The notes beneath the pieces are model-generated. The model worked only from the letters and a program-made list of their open reading frames with translations, did not search any database and was not told where the DNA came from. Below are positions 37,201 through 46,387 of a stretch of DNA of 64,000 nt, one piece after another. The stretch is from NCBI GenBank assembly GCA_018399745.1, contig JAGYNZ010000002.1, positions 13,543-77,542 of the forward strand. Direction: 5' to 3'. The stretch is from Deltaproteobacteria bacterium. GTDB lineage: Bacteria > Desulfobacterota > Dissulfuribacteria > Dissulfuribacterales > UBA3076. Positions within the stretch are counted from its first letter, which is position 1. Every line of letters begins with the position of its first letter. The position numbers were made by a program, and so were the translations under genes.

Positions 37201-37893
37201 ATGAGTCTCACGCCCAATGAAATACTTGAGAAGGAATTCCGTGCCAGGTTCAGGGGTTACGATACCAAAGAAGTAGACTCTTTTCTTGAGGAAATAAGTC
37301 AAATTATGACCTCTCTGATCAAGGAGAATAATGATTTAAAGGATCAGCTGGTCGCATATAAGAATAAGTTGACAGATCTCAAAAACAGGGAAGAGGAGTT
37401 CCGAGATGCCTTGACGTCTGTTCACAAGCTGTCAGAGAAAATGAAGTCACAGGCCGAAAAAGATGCAGAACTCGTGCTTGAGAGGGCAAGACTGGATGCG
37501 GAACGTATTGTTGCTTATGCCCACCAGGAGGCCGTTCAGCTGGAAGAGCGAATAATGGGGCTTCGACGTATTCAGAGGGAGACTGCGTATAAAATGCGCT
37601 CTACTCTTGAGAATTGTTTGCGGGTCGTAGATGAGGAGGCGCTGCCGCCGGAGGAGATTGATCAGGCAATAAACCTTGCCGCATCTGAAATGAGGGCTAT
37701 TCGAGAGGTCTCTCGCGACCTGAGAGAAGACATGGATGCAGTTTCTGGTGATGGAGAGGAGACGAGCAGCACAAACAGGCCTTTTACACCTGATATTCTG
37801 GGGGCATCTGATAATGGAGGCGGGCATGAGAACGCTTCTCAGAAGGATAGAACAGACGGCTCTGACCTAAGTATTGATCAGAATCAGGCATAG
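37201..37893 (+). CDS. DivIVA domain protein
   Basis: N-terminus LTPNEILEKEFRARFRGYDTKEVDSFLEEI, followed by a coiled coil. Confidence 0.85.
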   Translation: MSLTPNEILEKEFRARFRGYDTKEVDSFLEEISQIMTSLIKENNDLKDQLVAYKNKLTDLKNREEEFRDALTSVHKLSEKMKSQAEKDAELVLERARLDAERIVAYAHQEAVQLEERIMGLRRIQRETAYKMRSTLENCLRVVDEEALPPEEIDQAINLAASEMRAIREVSRDLREDMDAVSGDGEETSSTNRPFTPDILGASDNGGGHENASQKDRTDGSDLSIDQNQA

Positions 37894-38975
37894 TCCTCAT
37901 AAACAGGCGGCTCCGCGCTTGCTTGTTTAGTCAGTAAGGCTTCGTAAAAACATTCTAGCAACCCCCTTACTTCATCCACTAAATTAGCGTTATTAAGGGA
38001 TTTTCTTAATAGTGCACTTCCATGCAGGCCCTTGGTATACCAAGTCAGGTGCTTTCGAGAAAGCCTCAAGCCCACCGGGAGCCCGTAAAAATCAACAATG
38101 TGTTCGAAGTGCCTCATCATTATTGCATATTGTTCTTCAAGGCCGGGAGGTCTTTTATCTTTACCTGTTTCCAGAAAATGCAGTATCTGATCAAATAGCC
38201 AGGGCCTTCCGAGGGCGCCTCTTCCTACCATCATACCGTCAGCATTGGAGATTTCGATGCAAAGGCCGGCATCTTTCGGGCTTTTTATATCACCATTTGC
38301 GATTACGGGAATAGAGACCGACTCCTTGACTTCTCTGATTGCCGACCAGTCAGCTTTCCCTGAAAACATTCGGCTGCGGGTCCGGCCATGGACAGTAACA
38401 AGCGAGGCGCCGGAATTCTGGGCAATTTTAGCGAGTCCGGCTGCATTTATGCTTTTGTGATCCCAACCCAGACGAATCTTCACGGTGACAGGTATACCCA
38501 CCGCTTTCACGATCGATTCTATGATCCTTCCCGCCAGCACCTCATCACGCATCAGATTTGCCCCTGCCCCAGTCTTTACGATTTTGCGCTGGGGGCACCC
38601 CATATTTATGTCAATTATCGCTGCACCCAGAGACTCGTTAATCCGGGCCGCTTCGGTCATAACACAGGGATCTGATCCTGAGATCTGCACTGCCAGGGGA
38701 AATTCTTTTTCAGCAGTGCTAACCATGCGGAGAGATCGGGCACTGTTACGTATCAGTGCTTGAGAAGCTATCATTTCGCTTACTACCAACCCGGCCCCGC
38801 ATGATTTGGCAAGGCACCTGAAAGGATAATCCGTAATCCCCGCCATCGGGGCAAGGAATACACGATTGGATAAAATCACCGGGCCTATTTTCATGGGCTG
38901 CAGCACGTGATTTCCAAATGTATGCCAGGGCCCCTTTGAATTTTTATAATGAATGCCCATTTTTAGAATATTCAA
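37884..38975 (-). CDS. dusB: tRNA-dihydrouridine synthase
   Basis: FLAPMAGITDYPFR, DINMGCP, TVKIRLGWD, VTVHGRT. The true start may be the internal MKIGPV (38894). Confidence 0.85.
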   Translation of the reverse strand: MNILKMGIHYKNSKGPWHTFGNHVLQPMKIGPVILSNRVFLAPMAGITDYPFRCLAKSCGAGLVVSEMIASQALIRNSARSLRMVSTAEKEFPLAVQISGSDPCVMTEAARINESLGAAIIDINMGCPQRKIVKTGAGANLMRDEVLAGRIIESIVKAVGIPVTVKIRLGWDHKSINAAGLAKIAQNSGASLVTVHGRTRSRMFSGKADWSAIREVKESVSIPVIANGDIKSPKDAGLCIEISNADGMMVGRGALGRPWLFDQILHFLETGKDKRPPGLEEQYAIMMRHFEHIVDFYGLPVGLRLSRKHLTWYTKGLHGSALLRKSLNNANLVDEVRGLLECFYEALLTKQASAEPPVYEDYA

Positions 38976-39137
38976 TATATGGTTAAAGTGTCTTTACCAA
39001 TACCTGCTTGATAGCCATGGGATTAAAGGATTTTTGGGATAATTTTGCTGAATCGGCAAAAAAAGACATTTTGTTATTGGAGCGGTCTTTAACCCCTTGC
39101 AGTGATCAGAGGAGACGGTCAGAAAATCTCCTGTACT

Positions 39138-39701
39138 CTAACTATTTTCATCAGAGCCCAGGAATTGAGTCCCGAGATACATGTAATGGAGTCCTGAAAT
39201 TATAGTGATCAGGGCGGTAACTATATAAAGAAAAGGTAAAATTTGATTAAAAAGGACCAAGTTATAATCTGCGAGGACAATAAAGATAGTCCCCAATTGG
39301 GTTACTGTCGTAATCTTGCTGAGCACAGACGGGTGAATTTCCACTCCACCCTGAAAGAGAAAAAGTATCAGGACACCAAATACAATTATCATATCTCTAC
39401 TAATCACGGTTACTGCCAGCCAGCCCGGCAGAAATCCTATGACTGCAAGAGTTACATAAGCGGATGTGAGGAGAAGTTTATCGGCGATAGGGTCCAAAAT
39501 GGCTCCGATGCGGGTCTTTTGCCTCATGCATCTGGCTATCAGACCGTCCAGGCCGTCGGTTATCCCTGCTATAGTGAAAACAATCAATGCCTCCAAAAAC
39601 TTACTGTTTATGAGCAGTATCACCAGCAGCGGCGTCAGTATAATGCGTATGAGGGTCAGCAAATTAGGTAAATTCAATTTCCAGACCTTTCCATTATCCA
39701 A
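39138..39701 (-). CDS. pgsA: CDP-diacylglycerol--glycerol-3-phosphate 3-phosphatidyltransferase
   Basis: CDP-alcohol phosphatidyltransferase motif DGLDGLIARCMRQKTRIGAILDPIADK. 187 aa, multi-TM. Confidence 0.8.
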   Translation of the reverse strand: MDNGKVWKLNLPNLLTLIRIILTPLLVILLINSKFLEALIVFTIAGITDGLDGLIARCMRQKTRIGAILDPIADKLLLTSAYVTLAVIGFLPGWLAVTVISRDMIIVFGVLILFLFQGGVEIHPSVLSKITTVTQLGTIFIVLADYNLVLFNQILPFLYIVTALITIISGLHYMYLGTQFLGSDENS

Positions 39702-40635
39702 TTTTTTGCCAGATCCCTTGAATATCCATTATGGTTTCAGGATGATACCACCTGATTTCAGGATCGGCCCTGAACCATGTAATCTGGCGTTTTGCATAAC
39801 GGCGTGTATCCCTTCTTAATTGGTCTACGGTCTTATCAAAGGGCACGTCTCCGTTGAGAAAACGGATAATATGCCGATATCCAAGTGACTGCAAGGGTTT
39901 TAAGTGATGTGAATACCCTTTATTTAACAAGGACTTGACTTCCTCCAGAAGCCCGCTGTCCATCATAGCGTGAACACGCGAGTCAATTAGTTTATAGAGC
40001 TCTTCTCTGGGCCTTATCAGTCCTATCTTCGTGCACAACATTTTCTTTCCGGAATTGCCTTTATGCCTCCGATGCCATATTGATATGGGTTCCCCGGTCT
40101 GACAATAGACCTCGAGCGCCCTTGTGACTCTAAATGTATCATTCGGATGGAGTCTGCCCGCTGTTTCAGGGTCTGCATGGGCGAGGAGGTCATAAAGGGC
40201 CCTTTTCCCCTGATTTGCTGAGACCTCACGCAATATTTCCCTTACCGTTGGATCGCGCCCGGGACACGAGGCCAGCCCATCAAGCAGGGATCTCAGATAG
40301 AGTCCGCTGCCACCAACCAGCAAGGGTACCTTTCCTCTTGCCTTTATGGACCTGATGACGCCCAATGCCTTATGCACAAAGTCCGCGGCGTCAAAAGGCT
40401 CATCAGGATCTGCAATGTCAATCAGGTGATGGGGGACCTGCTTCTGTTCCTCAAGGCCGGGTTTTGCGGTTCCGATATCAAGTCCCCTGAACACCTGCAC
40501 TGAATCCACATTTATGATCTCGGCCCGGATTTCTTTTGCAAGACGAATAGACAGGGCCGTCTTTCCTACAGCAGTCGGCCCGACAAGGGCCACCGGTGGA
40601 AAAATAGAAATTGAAGAGTCGAGAGGGTCAATCAT
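39694..40635 (-). CDS. miaA: tRNA dimethylallyltransferase
   Basis: P-loop GPTAVGKT, then INVDSVQVFRGLDIGTAKP and GGSGLYL. Located downstream of mutL, as in many bacteria. Confidence 0.9.
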   Translation of the reverse strand: MIDPLDSSISIFPPVALVGPTAVGKTALSIRLAKEIRAEIINVDSVQVFRGLDIGTAKPGLEEQKQVPHHLIDIADPDEPFDAADFVHKALGVIRSIKARGKVPLLVGGSGLYLRSLLDGLASCPGRDPTVREILREVSANQGKRALYDLLAHADPETAGRLHPNDTFRVTRALEVYCQTGEPISIWHRRHKGNSGKKMLCTKIGLIRPREELYKLIDSRVHAMMDSGLLEEVKSLLNKGYSHHLKPLQSLGYRHIIRFLNGDVPFDKTVDQLRRDTRRYAKRQITWFRADPEIRWYHPETIMDIQGIWQKIG

Positions 40636-40789
40636 TGATTATACCGCAAAACGTCTTGTGGCATGATTCTGTTGAAAATGTTGCGGATTACGGCCACACA
40701 ATTTACCCCGAATGAAGAGTGCCTGGCGTACTCAGCAGTGACGAGTAAATTGAAGCAGCGCGGCAGATGGGGCTTTTTGAACGGAATAA

Positions 40790-42598
40790 TCATTGTTTTC
40801 GCCCAAATCGCCGCTCTATCTCGTTGAATCCCAAAATCTGAGAAACAGGTCTTCCATGGGGACAGTGGGTCACCTGTTCGGAAACCAGTTCCTTGATTAA
40901 TGCATCCATCTCCTGTAACTCCAGATGGTGATTGGCCTTTATTGCGGAATGACAGGCCATAGATGCCAGAAGATCGTGAACCAGGCCTTTTGCATCCTGT
41001 TCTGGAAAATTAAGAATACGGTCAATCAGTTCACTTGCTACCTGGCTGGTCTTGGAACATGACGCTAAGAAATCCGGGACCGCCCTGACAGCAATCTGTG
41101 AATGTCCAAAGGGCTCGATTACCACTCCTAATCGGGTTAGTATGGGACATATTTCCGGCAGCTTTGCAATATCTTGCGGATTTCTTTCCATGACTTCAGG
41201 AAATACAAGGGGTTGGGCATTCAGGGAATCAGTTTGGGCGATCTGCTTGTTCAGCCTCTTAAAGATAATGGCCTCATGAGCTGCATGCTGGTCTATAAGC
41301 ACAAGGCCATGAGGCCCTTCTGCCAGTATATAACTCTTTGCCAACTGTCCCAAAATACGAAAGTCACACCATAAATCGGCTCCATCAGACTCTTGGACCT
41401 GGTGGTCCTTATCCGTTGATGCCTGAGGCACTGTGCCGGCAGTCAGGGCTGTTTTCTGATTTTGCCAGGGCGACGAAGGTTCCCCGTAACCGGAGACTGC
41501 CTCTGAGACCTGAAGGGTGTCAGAAAAAATATCCAGTTTCTGCTGATCAATTGAAAGCCCTGTTTCTTTTGACCCTGCCGGGGTCTTTTCAAAAGTCGAG
41601 GCAATTACCTTTATGCCTTCAAGGGCCCTTTGTACAGAATGGTAAACAATCCGGTATATTACGTCTGGATCGTGGAAACGGACTTCTTGTTTGGCAGGAT
41701 GTACATTCACGTCTACCTGGTCCGGCTGTACCTCCAGAAACAGCGCCCCCACAGGGTATGAATTCTTCATCGTGAAGCCTCTGAATGCCTGATTAAGGGC
41801 CTTCCACAGCAGTCTGCTGTTTATGGGTCTTTGATTCAAAAAAAAGTAAAAGGACTTAGAGGATGCCCTTGCCTCCTCCGGCGGCGTCACATAACCTGAA
41901 ACCAGGATTTTCATGGATTCGCCTTTGACCGGCAGCATCTGAAGAACAAGTTTATCTCCTGCCAGTGGCCAAAGGCGTTGGGAGCCATGGCAACCGGGAC
42001 GGGATCGGAATATTTCCCTTCCATCACTCAGGAGTTCAAAAAGGATATTTGGAAAACCTACTGATAGTGTACGTACTATTTGGGAAATATGCCCCAGCTC
42101 CGTCTGACGTCTCTTGAGAAAATTGCGTCTTGCCGGTATCTCCAGAAAAAGGTCCTGTACCTCAACTTTAGTACCTGAGGGGCATCCTGCGGCCACAATT
42201 TTTTTGTCTCTTCCGAAGTCCACTCTCACCTGCCACCCTTCAATATTGTCATAAGGCCTGGAAGTTATGGACAGCCGGGAAACAGCCCCGATACTGGAAA
42301 GGGCCTCACCCCTGAAACCCATGGTGCCTATAAGATTCAGATCGGCCTCATCTATGATTTTGCTGGTTGCGTGGCGCTCAACCGATAGATCGATATCTTC
42401 TTTTTCCAAGCCGATGCCATCGTCTGTAACCCTTATCAGGTGTTTGCCGCCATCTTTCAGCTCTACACGGATACGCTTTGCGCCTGCGTCTATAGAATTT
42501 TCCAGGAGTTCCTTTACTATCGAGGCCGGTCTTTCCACTACCTCACCTGCCGCGATCTGATTGGCTATATGGGGAGGAAGGATATGTATTTTTGACAC
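40790..42598 (-). CDS. mutL: DNA mismatch repair protein MutL
   Basis: N-terminus IANQIAAGEVVERPASIVKELLENSIDAGA (GHKL ATPase), then GFRGEAL. C-terminal dimerisation domain ending CPHGRP. Confidence 0.95.
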   Translation of the reverse strand: MSKIHILPPHIANQIAAGEVVERPASIVKELLENSIDAGAKRIRVELKDGGKHLIRVTDDGIGLEKEDIDLSVERHATSKIIDEADLNLIGTMGFRGEALSSIGAVSRLSITSRPYDNIEGWQVRVDFGRDKKIVAAGCPSGTKVEVQDLFLEIPARRNFLKRRQTELGHISQIVRTLSVGFPNILFELLSDGREIFRSRPGCHGSQRLWPLAGDKLVLQMLPVKGESMKILVSGYVTPPEEARASSKSFYFFLNQRPINSRLLWKALNQAFRGFTMKNSYPVGALFLEVQPDQVDVNVHPAKQEVRFHDPDVIYRIVYHSVQRALEGIKVIASTFEKTPAGSKETGLSIDQQKLDIFSDTLQVSEAVSGYGEPSSPWQNQKTALTAGTVPQASTDKDHQVQESDGADLWCDFRILGQLAKSYILAEGPHGLVLIDQHAAHEAIIFKRLNKQIAQTDSLNAQPLVFPEVMERNPQDIAKLPEICPILTRLGVVIEPFGHSQIAVRAVPDFLASCSKTSQVASELIDRILNFPEQDAKGLVHDLLASMACHSAIKANHHLELQEMDALIKELVSEQVTHCPHGRPVSQILGFNEIERRFGRKQ

Positions 42599-42835
42599 AA
42601 TAATTCCTGCTTCACGTAATTGTTTATTCGATCTAAATATTCATGCTCCACGTCAGGGAATAAATAATTATTGCTGCCTGCAAGCCCATTCAATCACTTC
42701 GCTATTGTTGCCTTGGATATGCTCTGTTATAGTTCATGACTTCTTCAACAATTTTACCATCCAAGATCATAAAAATGAATTGATAACAAAAAAAATTGCA
42801 AATACATCACAAAAAAAGAGATTTTTTCCTTAGAC

Positions 42836-43963
42836 ATGTCTGAAATATATCTTGATTACAATGCAACCACACCGGTTGCAAAGCCGGTGCAGGAGGAAGT
42901 AAGTTTCGCACTGGCAGAAAAATGGGGCAATCCCAGCAGCGGACACAGGTTGGGCCAAATGGCCAAGAAAGCGCTGGAATACGCCAGGACCCAAGTGGCA
43001 TCGCTACTCAACGCGGATCCTTCTGAGATCCTCTTCACCAGCGGAGGCACAGAGTCCAACAATATAGCTATAACAGGCTTATGCCAAGCCATGTCAGGCA
43101 AAGGCCGACACATCATCACCACTTGTATAGAGCATCCATCCATTATGAACCCCTGCCTGCATTTGCTTGAACAGGGGTGGGAGGTGTCCTTTATAAAGGT
43201 AAACAGTCAGGGTGTTGCAGATCCCATGGAAGTCGAAAGGGCCTTGCGCCCCGATACAGTTATGGTCTCTGTAATGCTGGCAAACAATGAGACCGGGGCT
43301 ATTCAACCGGTAGCTGCGGTTTCGCAAGTGGCTCACAGGCATGGGGTATTGGTTCATTCAGATGCGGCCCAGGCCGTGGGCAAGATACCTGTAGATGTCA
43401 AGGACCTGGGGGTGGACTACCTGAGTATTGCGGGGCACAAACTCTATGCGCCAAAAGGAATAGGCGTCCTGTATTGCAAAACAGACGCACCTCTCGGCCG
43501 GATTATGTTCGGCGGGGGCCAGGAGCAGGGTCTTCGACCCGGTACTGAGCCAGTTCCCCTGGCAGTCGGGCTGGGGGCTGCCTGTAATTTTGTCGCCAGA
43601 GACATTAATGCCGAGTCAGAAAGGCAGAAATGTCTTCGGGAGAAGCTTTATACAGAACTATTCAGACTGGACCATACCATAATCAGGCATGGCGATCCTG
43701 AGAATACAATTCCCAATACCCTTAGCGTCAGTTTTGTCGGCAAGAATGGAGCGGAGATATTGAGCCGGGTCCCTGAAGTCATGGCCTCCACCGGTGCGGC
43801 CTGCCATGACAGGACAATTAAGGTCTCCCACGTGCTTGCCGCCATGGGTATCTCACCGGAAGTAGCCTCTGGGACCGTTCGTTTTTCACTGGGTCGGGGT
43901 ACTACCGAATCAGATATAGAAAAAGCCGTCCGGCTTATCGGCAGGTTATTCGACAGGATGTAA
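42836..43963 (+). CDS. cysteine desulfurase (NifS/IscS class V aminotransferase)
   Basis: YLDYNATTP, FTSGGTESNN, the PLP lysine in SIAGHKLYAPKGIG, and the active-site loop STGAACH. Confidence 0.85.
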   Translation: MSEIYLDYNATTPVAKPVQEEVSFALAEKWGNPSSGHRLGQMAKKALEYARTQVASLLNADPSEILFTSGGTESNNIAITGLCQAMSGKGRHIITTCIEHPSIMNPCLHLLEQGWEVSFIKVNSQGVADPMEVERALRPDTVMVSVMLANNETGAIQPVAAVSQVAHRHGVLVHSDAAQAVGKIPVDVKDLGVDYLSIAGHKLYAPKGIGVLYCKTDAPLGRIMFGGGQEQGLRPGTEPVPLAVGLGAACNFVARDINAESERQKCLREKLYTELFRLDHTIIRHGDPENTIPNTLSVSFVGKNGAEILSRVPEVMASTGAACHDRTIKVSHVLAAMGISPEVASGTVRFSLGRGTTESDIEKAVRLIGRLFDRM

Positions 43964-44068
43964 GCGTTTACAGGGTACCATATCTGCTTTTCTGTCGGGT
44001 ACTCGAAGTACGGGAAGTACGTCTGCGTGCACTCTGCCTCGCATCTGCATCACCCTGTAAACGCTTAC
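43960..44068. repeat. perfect 17-bp inverted repeat enclosing 75 nt (long hairpin or miniature element)
   Basis: GTAAGCGTTTACAGGGT (43960-43976) and ACCCTGTAAACGCTTAC (44052-44068). Arm 1 includes the desulfurase stop codon. Arm 2 ends 14 nt before the next ATG. Confidence 0.8.
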
Positions 44069-44082
44069 GAAAGGATAAAAAA

Positions 44083-45216
44083 ATGAAATTTGTTGACTTG
44101 GACAGACAGTATCAAAGATACAGATATGAAATAGACTCGGCCATCCAGGAGACAATCAAAAAGGGCCAGTTTGTATTGGGCAAGCCGGTGGAGGACCTGG
44201 AGAACGCTCTTGCAGCTTATGTAGGGGTCAGACATGCGATAGGGGTCGGCTCGGGTACGGATGGGCTGCTCCTTGCCCTTATGGCCATGGATTTGAGGCC
44301 TGAAGAAGAGGTCATTACAACCCCTTTTACATTTATAGCCACTGCGGAAGTCATGGTCCTTCTGAGGGCAAAGCCTTTGTTTGTGGATATAGACCCCGAG
44401 AGCTTTAATCTTGATACGGGCGGGATTCGGGATGCCCTGGTTAAAAGGCAGAAGGCGGGGGCCAGGGTGCGGGGCATTCTGCCTGTGAGCCTTTATGGCC
44501 AGTGCCCTGATATGGACGAAATCAATGAAATTGCATCAGAGTTCGGCCTGTTTGTTGTTGAGGATGCCTGTCAGTCATTTGGGGCGGAATACAAAGACCG
44601 CCTTTCCTGTGGCCTCAACGCCATGGGTGTCACCTCTTTTTTTCCTTCAAAGCCCCTTGGTGCATATGGGGACGGCGGCATGGTCTTCACTAATGACAAT
44701 GTAATGGCGGATATGATAAAGTGCCTCAGGGTTCATGGCCAGAGGGTCAGATACCGGCATGAAGAAATAGGTCTTAACGCCAGGCTGGATAGCATCCAGG
44801 CCGCAATAGTCCTGGCCAAATTCGCCCACTTTGGTGAAGAGATTAAGGCCAGGCAGGAGGCTGCCGAACGTTATTCAGAGCTGATTAACCAAAAAATACC
44901 GGAGATAAAGACCCCTGCAGTAATGCCTGACAGGACATGCGTGTATGCCCAGTATACCGTAAGAATCCCAGGGGGATTGAGGGAGAAGGTGACCACTCAT
45001 CTAAAACAGGAGGGCATTCCCTTTGCCATTCATTATCCTATACCGATCCACCTTCAGCCCGCCTTTAAAGGCCTTGGACTTGGGCCGGGTTCCTTTCCTC
45101 ATGCAGAAAAGGCCGCAGAGGAAGTACTCTCCCTTCCTATGCATGCCTTCATCACACCTGAGGAACAGGAGAACGTCATAAACGGTCTTGTAGAGGGCAT
45201 CGGTTCAAAGACTTGA
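44083..45216 (+). CDS. DegT/DnrJ/EryC1/StrS family sugar aminotransferase
   Basis: FVLGKPVEDLE...GVGSGTDGL...TPFTFIAT...SFFPSKPLGAYGDGG (PLP lysine). Confidence 0.85.
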   Translation: MKFVDLDRQYQRYRYEIDSAIQETIKKGQFVLGKPVEDLENALAAYVGVRHAIGVGSGTDGLLLALMAMDLRPEEEVITTPFTFIATAEVMVLLRAKPLFVDIDPESFNLDTGGIRDALVKRQKAGARVRGILPVSLYGQCPDMDEINEIASEFGLFVVEDACQSFGAEYKDRLSCGLNAMGVTSFFPSKPLGAYGDGGMVFTNDNVMADMIKCLRVHGQRVRYRHEEIGLNARLDSIQAAIVLAKFAHFGEEIKARQEAAERYSELINQKIPEIKTPAVMPDRTCVYAQYTVRIPGGLREKVTTHLKQEGIPFAIHYPIPIHLQPAFKGLGLGPGSFPHAEKAAEEVLSLPMHAFITPEEQENVINGLVEGIGSKT

Positions 45217-45481
45217 TTCTGCTTGGGGAAACACTAATTGAGTCTCAAGTTCCTAGCGTCGTGGTATGTGCTTTCACTGCAGTTACTCAGGTTCACTTGA
45301 AGCGTTTTCCCTGTCTATCCAGCGCGGGATGTTTGGCAGTGTAATCTGCGCAACCTGTGTCAAAAGAGATAGAATTTGTAGTCTTACAGTCAGCCGATAG
45401 CAGACGGAGAAAAATTTGAAATGTCATTCGAAATGGAGTATTTTCCGTTAAATAATAAAAATGTTATAGGAGAACCAATTC

Positions 45482-46261
45482 ATGTCTCAGGGACCTGAAG
45501 CTTATATTGACAAATCCAGACAATTAAAAGATGAGGATACCTTTTGCTTTTCCTGTACGCCGAATAAGAGCTGTTTTACAAACTGCTGTTATGATTTAAA
45601 CCTGATTCTCATGCCTTATGACATACTGAGGCTCAAGAATCACTTGGGCATGAAGTCCTCTGATTTTCTGAAACGCTATACAAGCATATACATAGGACAG
45701 AATTCAGGGTGTCCGGTAGTGTCGCTCAACATGGAGGGCCCCTATTTAAAGTGCCCGTTTCTGGAAGAGGGGAGAGGATGTATGGTTTATGAAGACAGGC
45801 CTGGTGCATGCCGCACCTATCCCCTTGCCAGAATGGCCTGCCGAAGCAGGGAAAGAGAGGGGGTGGAGGAATTCTATTATATTGTCAGGGAGCCGGATTG
45901 TAAGGGATTTCAGGACGGAAAGGAATGGACCGTCAAGAGTTGGAAGGACAATGAAGACATCGAGCCATATAATGAAATGAATGATATCTTTGGAGAGATA
46001 CTTCAGGCCAAGACGGTTTTAGGGATAGATTATCTGAGCGCGGATCAGATCAACACCTTTCACATGGGATGCTATGATATTGACAGTTTCCGCAGACATT
46101 TTCTGGAAGGCCCTAACCTTGACCGCTATATGGAATCTGAAGAAGTGATAGAGTCTATCTCCAATGACGAACAGTCCTTGCTCAAATACAGCATGCGCTG
46201 GGTTAATAAAAAGCTTTTCCAGGGTGGGTGCCTGGCTGCCGGGTCCGGCTGCAGTCGCTGA
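45482..46261 (+). CDS. YkgJ-family Cys-cluster (CxxCxxCC) protein
   Basis: FCFSCTPNKSCFTNCC plus CPFL...GCMVYEDRPGACRTYP, typical of the UPF0153/YkgJ zinc/iron-chelating domain. Confidence 0.65.
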   Translation: MSQGPEAYIDKSRQLKDEDTFCFSCTPNKSCFTNCCYDLNLILMPYDILRLKNHLGMKSSDFLKRYTSIYIGQNSGCPVVSLNMEGPYLKCPFLEEGRGCMVYEDRPGACRTYPLARMACRSREREGVEEFYYIVREPDCKGFQDGKEWTVKSWKDNEDIEPYNEMNDIFGEILQAKTVLGIDYLSADQINTFHMGCYDIDSFRRHFLEGPNLDRYMESEEVIESISNDEQSLLKYSMRWVNKKLFQGGCLAAGSGCSR

Positions 46262-46387
46262 TCCGATTGGCGAATTTATATTGCGCACTTATTGATACTC
46301 GGTATGGTCTCAATCCTGACTGGTTAAAGATTGTTTTACTATATTTGAGTTTCATTGGATGCCACAATGTCCTTAAGAGTATGATAA

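Noticed and set aside
45334-45349. A sigma-54-like TGGCAGTGTAATCTGC upstream of the YkgJ-family gene.
   Set aside because: The GG-to-GC spacing is one nucleotide too long, and sigma-54 promoters do not tolerate spacing changes.
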